Shown here piece by piece: positions 41,133-49,174 of a DNA stretch of 64,000 nucleotides. Each line of letters begins with the position of its first letter. The stretch's first letter is position 1. Below the pieces are notes generated by a model. That model made no database searches. It was not told where the DNA came from and saw only the letters and a list, made by a program, of their open reading frames with translations. The position numbers and the translations under genes were made by a program. Source of the stretch: Candidatus Poribacteria bacterium (lineage in GTDB: Bacteria; Poribacteria; WGA-4E; WGA-3G); contig CBDANF010000003.1 of NCBI GenBank assembly GCA_965197475.1, positions 2,144,001 through 2,208,000 of the forward strand. The letters run 5' to 3'.

Positions 41133-41732
41133 ATGATAGTTTCAGATGAAGATTTGATGATGGAATGTCGCAAAGGGGACATGAGTGCGTTTGAGCTACT
41201 TGTCAGAAGGTATCAGGATGCACTCGTTAACTATATCCACTACACTATCAACGATTATCATCGTGCCGAAGATCTGGCGCAGGAAACGTTTCTACGTGTT
41301 TTCAAGAACGCGAGTCGTTATGAACCGAAAGCCTCCTTTAAAAGTTGGCTTTATACAATCGCAACCAATTTGTCTCGAAACGAAATCCGGAATCGTGCGC
41401 GTCGAAAAACCTATTTTCTGGAAGACATGGTTGAAGAAAATGAAGATGTCTACCACTCCGAATTTATGATAGATACCCGTTTCCAACCGGATATCCTTTA
41501 CGAAAAGAAAGAACGACAGCAACTCATTAAGAAAGCTCTGAAGCAGCTTCCTGAAAATCAACGTTTAGCATTAACACTCGTAACATATCAAGAACTAAGT
41601 TATGAAGAAATCTCAGGGATTCTGAATTGTTCAGTTGGAGCGGTGAAATCGCTAATTCATCGAGCACGTCAAAACATGAAAAAACTGCTTATTAAGGCCG
41701 GAATAGGAGGCGGTGTCAATGCCAAAATATAA
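41133..41732 (+). CDS. ECF sigma-70 factor
   Basis: AEDLAQETFLRV, FKSWLYTIATNL, LSYEEIS...GAVKSLIHRAR; RBS AGGAG before ATG 41133. Confidence 0.95.
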   Translation: MIVSDEDLMMECRKGDMSAFELLVRRYQDALVNYIHYTINDYHRAEDLAQETFLRVFKNASRYEPKASFKSWLYTIATNLSRNEIRNRARRKTYFLEDMVEENEDVYHSEFMIDTRFQPDILYEKKERQQLIKKALKQLPENQRLALTLVTYQELSYEEISGILNCSVGAVKSLIHRARQNMKKLLIKAGIGGGVNAKI

Positions 41733-42246
41733 AACAAACGAATGTGAAAACGTTCAAACCCAACTTTCTGCCTATTTTGACAATCAAATACCAACGTGGA
41801 AACGACATCTCATTCGATGGCATCTAAAGCGATGTTCGGTTTGCAAAACCCAAGCCAAGACGATAGAGCAAACGGATAAACTCCTCCGCTTTGTAGAACC
41901 TGTCAAAGCTTCTAACACTTTTCTTTCAGATGTAATGCTACAGGCATCCGCGATGAAAACATCTCAAAAAACACACCAGTCACTCTTTAACCGTTTTGGA
42001 TCGTTTGTTGAAAGCTTACAAGTATGGACGCGAAACAATATTCGTGCCTATAACCCAATTTATATGTTCGGGCTAATTTTCGGTGTATTCATGATGATAG
42101 GTGTAACACTTTACTCCCCTCGTATGGAAAAACTTAATCCGTTCCCGCAATTTAGTTCTAAATCACCAGAAGACCAACAGGAAAGACTAATTTCGTTTGA
42201 AGTAATTTTACAGCAAGAACCCAAACGTTCCCTTAAAATTCGTTGA
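41719..42246 (+). CDS. Zinc-binding (zf-HC2) membrane anti-sigma factor
   Basis: C...LSAYFD...HLKRCSVC; one TM helix; overlaps the sigma stop. Confidence 0.88.
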   Translation: MPKYKTNECENVQTQLSAYFDNQIPTWKRHLIRWHLKRCSVCKTQAKTIEQTDKLLRFVEPVKASNTFLSDVMLQASAMKTSQKTHQSLFNRFGSFVESLQVWTRNNIRAYNPIYMFGLIFGVFMMIGVTLYSPRMEKLNPFPQFSSKSPEDQQERLISFEVILQQEPKRSLKIR

Positions 42247-42259
42247 TGAGGTATAAGCA

Positions 42260-44062
42260 ATGAAAAATATAACCCACCGTACTGTGAAATCGATTACTCG
42301 TAATGCGTTGTTTATTTCAATGATACTCCATGTATTCTTCCTAACTGCGCTGTTTTATTTTACTGTCCGTAACCAGCCAATTTTTCCTTTTCAAGACAAG
42401 CTGGACGCAACAATTGAAACACTACCGAAACAACTATCAAAGAAGCCGATGAAAACACCGATACGTGAACACAGGAAAACAACTGTATTTCAAGCAGCAA
42501 AAATGCCATCTACTACAGTTGAAACACCTAAGCCGCAAATGCCATTTCAACCGAGAGTAGGACCAACTTCACCTGTTATTACAGCACAACCGAGACTCAA
42601 GGAGACAAATACTGCCCCAGATGTAGAAGTGAATGTCAGCACCGCACTCCGCGAACTTCGTCAAGTTGAAGATGGGTTATCAAGGACTGAAGCAGCACAG
42701 CCAACAGTTGATGACACTCTCGGTTCAAAACGCTCTGGTGGCGTACCAGGGGTTCAACGTACACCTGTCCGTTCAACGCTTGATTTTGCTGAAACAGTAG
42801 GTGGTGATGGTGATGGCGCGGCACAAGTAGGCGGTTTATTTGAAAATAAACCTGCTTTACCTAACATCCAATTTAGTGATGTAATGAGGATGCTCGGAAG
42901 TGAAATTATAGGAACAAGTGATGGCGGGCCTATTGATGTCGTTTTTGTTATTGATGCCAGTGGTAGTATGGGGGATAACATCAAGGCAGTCGCTAATCAT
43001 TTAATTCATATGATTGATGTATACAAATCCACTGGAATTGACTACGCCCTCGGATTGACGCATTTTTCCACGCGGCCAGGTGAGGACGGGCGTGAAAGGG
43101 AAAATGAAATTCAAGTTATCCCATTGACCACGGATATACAAGATTATAAACGGGAAATATACGAAATTTTCGTTCGCAGAGACGAAAACGCATTGGATGC
43201 TATTGTGAAAACTGTTAACGAGATGCGGTTCCGTGCCACATCTAAAAAACATCTTATCCTCGTCACCGATGAACCTTTCACAAGCATAGAAGGCAAGACA
43301 GTGTATGACGCAATTGCACTCTGTAGCGAGTTCGGTATCTATGTCAACGTACTCGGGTTGCCAGACAAGGAACACCAATTACTCGCAGCAAGGACGCAAG
43401 GCAAATGGCACCCCATTCCTGGAAGACAAGGTGCCCCACAGTCCGTAGTCCAACGCAATACTGCCAGTACAGCAGCTGCGAAAGCAGAATTACTTAGAAA
43501 AGCACAATGGCAGAATGTCCAAAGGCTCAGCAGGGTCTTACTTCAAAATCCTGCGAATACGCCAGCGGATATTGTTTTGTTTATAGATAGTAGTAAAAGT
43601 ATGGAAAATAAACTGCCACATTTTGTAAATCAACTGGAGGTTTGGACTCGCGATTGGGATAGTGCACTCATTGACTATCAGATAGGTGTAGTGAGGTTTC
43701 ATTCACACGAATCCGATAATTCAGTGAATGTTTACAATGCTCCCCAAACCCTTGAGCAGGTCCGCAAAACCATTGAAATGCCGTGTCAAGATGATGAAAA
43801 TCTCCTACATGCAATTGCTGAAGCTTACAGACAGATTGAATTTCGTCAAGGCGCGAAAACCTATCTTTTTATTGTCACAGATGAACCTATAAGTAATAAA
43901 GCTTCATCTGCTGATGCTGTTATTCAGTTTCTGGAGAAAAAACTTGCCATTGTAAGTATTGTAGGAACTATTGACTATTTCCAAGAAGAGGTAACGGCTA
44001 AAACAGGCGGTATGTGGGTGCCGATCCCAGATGGACATACCACTAACGACCCAAACTGGTAA
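42260..44062 (+). CDS. Membrane-anchored double-VWA protein, paralog 1
   Basis: TM FISMILHVFF; Pro/Lys/Thr linker; MIDAS DASGS and DSSKS, each with a downstream TDE. Confidence 0.88.
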   Translation: MKNITHRTVKSITRNALFISMILHVFFLTALFYFTVRNQPIFPFQDKLDATIETLPKQLSKKPMKTPIREHRKTTVFQAAKMPSTTVETPKPQMPFQPRVGPTSPVITAQPRLKETNTAPDVEVNVSTALRELRQVEDGLSRTEAAQPTVDDTLGSKRSGGVPGVQRTPVRSTLDFAETVGGDGDGAAQVGGLFENKPALPNIQFSDVMRMLGSEIIGTSDGGPIDVVFVIDASGSMGDNIKAVANHLIHMIDVYKSTGIDYALGLTHFSTRPGEDGRERENEIQVIPLTTDIQDYKREIYEIFVRRDENALDAIVKTVNEMRFRATSKKHLILVTDEPFTSIEGKTVYDAIALCSEFGIYVNVLGLPDKEHQLLAARTQGKWHPIPGRQGAPQSVVQRNTASTAAAKAELLRKAQWQNVQRLSRVLLQNPANTPADIVLFIDSSKSMENKLPHFVNQLEVWTRDWDSALIDYQIGVVRFHSHESDNSVNVYNAPQTLEQVRKTIEMPCQDDENLLHAIAEAYRQIEFRQGAKTYLFIVTDEPISNKASSADAVIQFLEKKLAIVSIVGTIDYFQEEVTAKTGGMWVPIPDGHTTNDPNW

Positions 44063-44095
44063 GGTCTTACGAAATTCGTTGATGAGGTATAAACA

Positions 44096-45871
44096 ATGAA
44101 AAGTATAACCAACCGTACTGTGAAATCAATTACTCGTAATGCGTTGTTTATTTCAATGATACTTCATGTATTCCTCTTAATTGCGCTGTTTTATTTTACT
44201 GTTCGTAACCAGTCTATCTTATCTTTTCAAGACAAATTGGACGCAACAATTGAAACAGTACCAAAACCACCGCCATCAAAGAAGCTGGTGAAAGCACCAA
44301 TACGCCAACAGCGGAAAGCAACTGTGTTTGAAGCAGCAAAAATGTCACTTGCAGAAGTTGAGTCAATTGCCCCTGAAATAACATTTCAACCTCGTATTGC
44401 TCCAACGGCACCCGTTGTTACAGAACAACCACGACTTAAGCAGACAAATACTGCACCGGACATAAAAGTCAATGTTAGCACTGCACTCCGCGAACTCCGT
44501 CAAGTTGAAGATGGGTTATCAAGGACAGAAGCAGCACAACCGACAGTAGGCGGTTCCCTCGGTTCAAAACGCTCTGGTCCTCACGGTGTGCAACGTACGC
44601 CTATCCGTTCTACACTTGATATTGCTGGAAAAATAAGTAGTGATAACCCTACACAAATAGATGATCTCCAAGATAAAAAACAGCCTCTACCCCGTATTCA
44701 ATTTAGCAATGTTATGAAGAGTCTCGCAAACCAAATTGCTGAAACAAGCGATGGTGGACCGATTGATGTCGTTTTTGTCATTGATGCCAGCGGTAGCATG
44801 GGGGATAACATCAAGGCAGTTGCTAAACACCTAACAGAAATGATTGATGTTTACAAATCCTCTGATATTGATTATGCACTCGGCTTAACGCAATTTAATA
44901 CGTTTCAAAAGGAAAATGTCATTGAAGTTCTCCAATTGACCAAAAACTTATCCGAATACAAGCAGAATATACTTGCGATTGTCCCTGGCAAAGACGAAAA
45001 CGCATTGGATGCTATTGAGGAAACTGTCAATGCAATGCGGTTCCGTGCCACATCTAAAAAACATCTTATCCTCGTCACTGATGAACCTTTTACAAGCATA
45101 AAAGGCTTGAAAGTGCATGACGCAATTGCGCTCTGTAGTGAATTCGGCATCCATGTTAACGTACTGGGGCTCCCAAAAAAGGAACACCAACTACTTGCAT
45201 CTAAAACAAAAGGTAAATGGCACGCTATTCCTGAAAAACCAAGGAAACTACGGACAGCGCAGCGACGCAGTACTAACCTAACAGCAAACGCAAAAGCACA
45301 ATGGTTTAGAAAAGCACAATGGCAGGACGTACAGCTGATAGGCAAGGTACTGCTCCAAAATTCTGGGAATTCATCTGTGGATATTGTCTTATTTATTGAT
45401 GGAAGCAAGAGCATGGAAGATAAAATTCCACAATTTTTACAACAACTTGATATTTGGACTCGGGACTGGGATAACGCTCACCTCAATTATCAGATAGGTG
45501 TAGTTAAGTTTCGGAAACGTGGCTCCGTTAATACCGTGAATGTTTACAAGCCTCCCCAAACCCTTGAGCAAATACAAAAAATTGTTGAACTGCCGTGTCA
45601 AGATGACGAAAATCTATTACATGCCATTACTGAAGGATTGAGCCGGATTAAACTCCGACCGGATGTCCAAACGCATCTCATCCTCGTTACGGATGAACCC
45701 GTAAGTAAAAACGCTCCAACTTCAGCAATGATTCAGTATTTAATGGAAAAACCCGCAGTCGTAAGTGTTGTCGGAACTTTTGACGATTTCCAAGAAGAAG
45801 TTGCAGTTAAAACAGGCGGAATATGGGTGCCGATCCCAGATGGATACATCAGTAACAACTCAAACTGGTAA
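44096..45871 (+). CDS. Membrane-anchored double-VWA protein, paralog 2
   Basis: Same layout; DASGS and DGSKS; long identical stretches with paralog 1. Confidence 0.88.
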   Translation: MKSITNRTVKSITRNALFISMILHVFLLIALFYFTVRNQSILSFQDKLDATIETVPKPPPSKKLVKAPIRQQRKATVFEAAKMSLAEVESIAPEITFQPRIAPTAPVVTEQPRLKQTNTAPDIKVNVSTALRELRQVEDGLSRTEAAQPTVGGSLGSKRSGPHGVQRTPIRSTLDIAGKISSDNPTQIDDLQDKKQPLPRIQFSNVMKSLANQIAETSDGGPIDVVFVIDASGSMGDNIKAVAKHLTEMIDVYKSSDIDYALGLTQFNTFQKENVIEVLQLTKNLSEYKQNILAIVPGKDENALDAIEETVNAMRFRATSKKHLILVTDEPFTSIKGLKVHDAIALCSEFGIHVNVLGLPKKEHQLLASKTKGKWHAIPEKPRKLRTAQRRSTNLTANAKAQWFRKAQWQDVQLIGKVLLQNSGNSSVDIVLFIDGSKSMEDKIPQFLQQLDIWTRDWDNAHLNYQIGVVKFRKRGSVNTVNVYKPPQTLEQIQKIVELPCQDDENLLHAITEGLSRIKLRPDVQTHLILVTDEPVSKNAPTSAMIQYLMEKPAVVSVVGTFDDFQEEVAVKTGGIWVPIPDGYISNNSNW

Positions 45872-45957
45872 GATTACTCACATCTGTTTTCTTAAGGGAC
45901 AGTTTATAATAAGGTTTTAGACAGCAAGTGGTTTCAAAATCATAAAAGAGATAAACA

Positions 45958-46563
45958 GTGAAAATTGCGGTCCTCGTTTCAGGAAGCGGAACTAATCTGC
46001 AAACCCTGATTGAGCAGTTACATGAAGACAAAACCAGCGGCATTGAAATCGCAGTTGTGATTAGTGACCGGCAGAAAGCATACGCATTGACACGGGCAAA
46101 ACATGCTGGTATACCAACACAAATTGTCAGAACCCAAGATTTTGAGAGCCGCGTTGCATTTGATGCTGAAATTGCAAGGCAAATTGAAAACTACTCGGTC
46201 GAACTAATTGTGCTTGCGGGTTTTATGAAATTGTTTCAACCCCCGTTCGTCCGAAAATATCGCAATCGGATTATTAACGTACACCCCAGCCTTTTGCCTG
46301 CTTTTCCAGGTGCAACCCCTGTTGCTGATACGTTAGCTTACGGCGTTAAAGTGACAGGTGTTACCGTTCATTTCGTTGACGAAGACGTAGATTCAGGGCC
46401 GATTATAGCGCAAACACCTGTCCCAGTTTATGATACAGACGATGAAGAGACCCTGCACAACCGGATTCAGATTGCAGAACATAAACTCTACCCGAAAGTG
46501 ATAAAGCACTATGCACAAGGCAAACTGAAAGTTGAAGTACGAAAAGTTATCAAAATGCCGTAA
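45958..46563 (+). CDS. purN: Phosphoribosylglycinamide formyltransferase
   Basis: SGSGTNLQ, LAGFM, NVHPSLLPAFPG, GVTVHFVDEDVDSGPII. Confidence 0.97.
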   Translation: MKIAVLVSGSGTNLQTLIEQLHEDKTSGIEIAVVISDRQKAYALTRAKHAGIPTQIVRTQDFESRVAFDAEIARQIENYSVELIVLAGFMKLFQPPFVRKYRNRIINVHPSLLPAFPGATPVADTLAYGVKVTGVTVHFVDEDVDSGPIIAQTPVPVYDTDDEETLHNRIQIAEHKLYPKVIKHYAQGKLKVEVRKVIKMP

Positions 46564-46642
46564 GATTCCAGTACTTCCAAACGCAAATATCTGTTTTCCC
46601 ACACCATACACATTTTTTCTCCCGCAGAATTCGGAACAAATA

Positions 46643-47569
46643 ATGTTAGCAATTTCAACAATGTGGAACGCTTTGAAGCAACCGGATGGAGTTGCCCTAT
46701 TTGATGAGTTGAAAGAGCTCGGCTTTGAAGTAATCGCACTCAGTCGCCATCTCTCTCTTGAACAGGTTGAGCAACTCAAACCTATACTTCGTGACATTGG
46801 ACAAACGTCTCCCTGCACTGTCCAGAATTTCTGTCCCATCCTTCCCGGAACGCCACAAGCAGAAGCTGAAAATGACAAAATTCTCCTATCCAGCCTTGAT
46901 AACGATGAACGGAAAGAAGCAATTCGAAGAACCGTTCAAACAATGGAACTGGCTGCTGAAATGGAAGTGCCTACGATGATTCTCCGACTTGGGGAAGTGG
47001 ATACCTATGATCGCTCGTATCTGATGACGGATCTTTACGAGTACGGAGAACGAGAGTTTGAGGCATTTCGCAAAAAAGTGACCGAAGCAACAGAATGGCG
47101 AAAACGAAAAGAAACGAAACATCGTGACGCAGTGCTGCGAAGCCTGGATGAACTAAATGAACGCGCTTTACGAATGGAACTCTGCATCGCTATTGAAAAT
47201 AGACAACATTATTACCAAATTCCCAGTTTTGATGAAGTCGGGTTATTCTTTGATGAATTTTATGGCAGCCCGATGCGTTATTGGCACGATGTCGGACACG
47301 CCGCCCTCCAGGAAAAACTCGGACTTTGTCGGGCACATGAATGGCTTGAAGCATACAATGAACACCTCATCGGCGTAACGCTGCACGACCTACAAGAACT
47401 TGAGCCTTATCATCCACCAGGAGCCGGTGACCTTGAGTGGAATGAGTTTTTCACACAATTGCCATCCGATATAGTGAAAGTCATGGAAATTCAACATGGA
47501 GAAGCAGAAACAGTAATACAAGCACGAGAATTATGCGAATCGCTAACGAATACACAGAACGAGGCATAA
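46643..47569 (+). CDS. Xylose-isomerase-like TIM-barrel protein
   Basis: LAISTMWNA, IENR, WHDVGHA, LHD, HPPGAG; probable start at 46643. Confidence 0.8.
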   Translation: MLAISTMWNALKQPDGVALFDELKELGFEVIALSRHLSLEQVEQLKPILRDIGQTSPCTVQNFCPILPGTPQAEAENDKILLSSLDNDERKEAIRRTVQTMELAAEMEVPTMILRLGEVDTYDRSYLMTDLYEYGEREFEAFRKKVTEATEWRKRKETKHRDAVLRSLDELNERALRMELCIAIENRQHYYQIPSFDEVGLFFDEFYGSPMRYWHDVGHAALQEKLGLCRAHEWLEAYNEHLIGVTLHDLQELEPYHPPGAGDLEWNEFFTQLPSDIVKVMEIQHGEAETVIQARELCESLTNTQNEA

Positions 47570-47688
47570 TCTTCGTATCTCCCGAATCTATCTCGTATGA
47601 AAAATAAAAGGATTACCTACCTTTTGCAAAACGCACTTGAAAATACGAATCGCGTCATTTTTTTACAAGAAAAGATTAAACATTATAT

Positions 47689-47717
47689 TTGACAAAATTT
47701 TGCTAAATTGGCATAAT
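47689..47717 (+). promoter_or_regulatory. Putative sigma70 promoter
   Basis: TTGACA-N17-CATAAT upstream of the LamG gene. Confidence 0.6.
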
Positions 47718-47784
47718 AGTTAACATTAAATAATTAGTCAAAAATTGGATCTCATCTGTCTCAAAACAGTAACTTCATTCCTAA

Positions 47785-47871
47785 CAGGACTTACCCAAAT
47801 TTGTTGATCATTATTAAATGATCGCACCTTACCAAAAAATCGAAAAATGGGAACTTATTGCGTACGTCCTA
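47785..47871. mobile_element. MITE, CAGGACTTACGCAA family, degenerate copy 4
   Basis: CAGGACTTACCCAA...TTGCGTACGTCCTA; no clear target duplication. Confidence 0.7.
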
Positions 47872-47919
47872 TTATTCTAAGGCGGATAAGGTTCCGCTTC
47901 CACAAAGGAGTACTATCAA

Positions 47920-48774
47920 ATGACGAAACTTATTTCCATATTAAGTATCTTGCTTATGCTGGTAGCAGTCACAAGTTTTGCAGCAAAAGATGAAGCCACT
48001 GTTAAAGCAATTTGGAATTTTGATGAAGGTAATGTTACAGATTCCGCCGAAAACAATGTGATAGATTCTTCTGGTAACGAAGTGCACGGAACGTTCCTCG
48101 GCGAACCGGAAATCGTGGATGGCATCGTAGGAAAAGCGTTACATTTTGACGGTGAAACCCAAGGCGTTAAATTACCAGATGAAGAAGGTCTCAACACGGG
48201 TGGACCTTTTACTGACCGAACGATTATAGCTTTCTTCAAATGTGATGATGTGAGCATTCCAGAAAAAAAGCAAACGATTTTTGAAGAAGGTGGACGGTCA
48301 CGCGGTTTGGTTCTTTACGTCTTTGAGAGTAAAGTTTATGTTGCTGCTTGGAACCGCGCCGAATACAATTGGCCAGGGGCGTGGCCCTCAGTTGAAGTTG
48401 CTTCAGAGAGATGGTATCACGTTGCGCTGGTGATCCGTGAGGGTGGCAACGCAGTTGAAGCTGGCAAATTTGAGATGTGGCTTGATGGTGAAATGGTTGC
48501 AAGCGAACCCGGCGGACAAGTCTTCGCACACAGTGCTGATATTGGCATCGCGCATATGAATAGTGATACTCTTTTCCACGATGAAGACGGTTCAGGCACC
48601 GATATGCACTTTTTTGGTGGAACTGTTGATGAAGTAGAAGTCTATAACTCTGCATTTGATGCAGCTGATTTCGCGCATTATGCCGAAGTAATTAGTGAGG
48701 CTACAAGTGTGGAACCACAAGGGAAATATACGACTACGTGGGGCACGCTTAAAGTAGAAAGGACAAAACAGTAA
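47920..48774 (+). CDS. Secreted LamG-like jellyroll protein
   Basis: Signal peptide, IWNFDEG, GKALHFDG, WYHVAL, GTVDEVEVYNSA; tail VEPQGKYTTTWGTLK. Confidence 0.9.
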   Translation: MTKLISILSILLMLVAVTSFAAKDEATVKAIWNFDEGNVTDSAENNVIDSSGNEVHGTFLGEPEIVDGIVGKALHFDGETQGVKLPDEEGLNTGGPFTDRTIIAFFKCDDVSIPEKKQTIFEEGGRSRGLVLYVFESKVYVAAWNRAEYNWPGAWPSVEVASERWYHVALVIREGGNAVEAGKFEMWLDGEMVASEPGGQVFAHSADIGIAHMNSDTLFHDEDGSGTDMHFFGGTVDEVEVYNSAFDAADFAHYAEVISEATSVEPQGKYTTTWGTLKVERTKQ

Positions 48775-48825
48775 TAGCGCAGCACGCATTCAAACAGTGT
48801 GCGGACATACGTTATCTCTGTTCTG

Positions 48826-48863
48826 AAGCACGGTAGTTTTTCTGACTACCGTGCTTTTTATTT
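48826..48863 (+). terminator. Rho-independent terminator
   Basis: 11-bp stem AAGCACGGTAG/CTACCGTGCTT followed by a T-rich tract. Confidence 0.8.
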
Positions 48864-48866
48864 GCG

Positions 48867-49015
48867 TTGCAAAATTTACACAGTCGTTGCCAAAATGGCA
48901 CAATTCGTGCCACATTTGTTCAATCTATACTCCAATTATTCCCAATCAGATGCAGGGCAAAGCTTAGTCCCTCAGCCTGCCAAACTAACAGACAATTATT
49001 GGCACAAATTTTGCT
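48867..49015 (+). promoter_or_regulatory. Putative sigma54 promoter of clpB with upstream activator-like sites
   Basis: TGGCAC-AAATT-TTGC at 49000-49014; near-palindrome TGCCAAAATGGCA plus two related motifs at 20-bp spacing (48867, 48887, 48907). Confidence 0.7.
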
Positions 49016-49029
49016 CCTAATAGTAAAAT

Positions 49030-49146
49030 AACGTGAGTTCGATTTATGGTAATATTGAACATAATTCACCATTTCAGCGAACTTTACCCACAAAACCACA
49101 CACGAGTAGGTGCGGTTTCCTAACCGCACATTATCAAACTCACGTT
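49030..49146. mobile_element. MITE with AACGTGAGTT(C/T)GAT ends containing a GTAG REP
   Basis: 14-bp TIRs with one mismatch; AAAAT on both flanks; internal GTAGGTGCGGTTTCCTAACCGCAC (49106-49129). Confidence 0.8.
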
Positions 49147-49174
49147 AAAATAGGAATGTCCAGGGAGATAAAAA

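Noticed and set aside
42260-45871. Diversity-generating retroelement template/variable repeat pair
   Set aside because: Whole-gene paralogy, differences not restricted to adenines, and no reverse transcriptase in the window
48896-48912. Second sigma54-like site TGGCACAATTCGTGCCA
   Set aside because: Poorer -12 match and explained by overlap of the adjacent palindromic motifs; the 49000 site fits better
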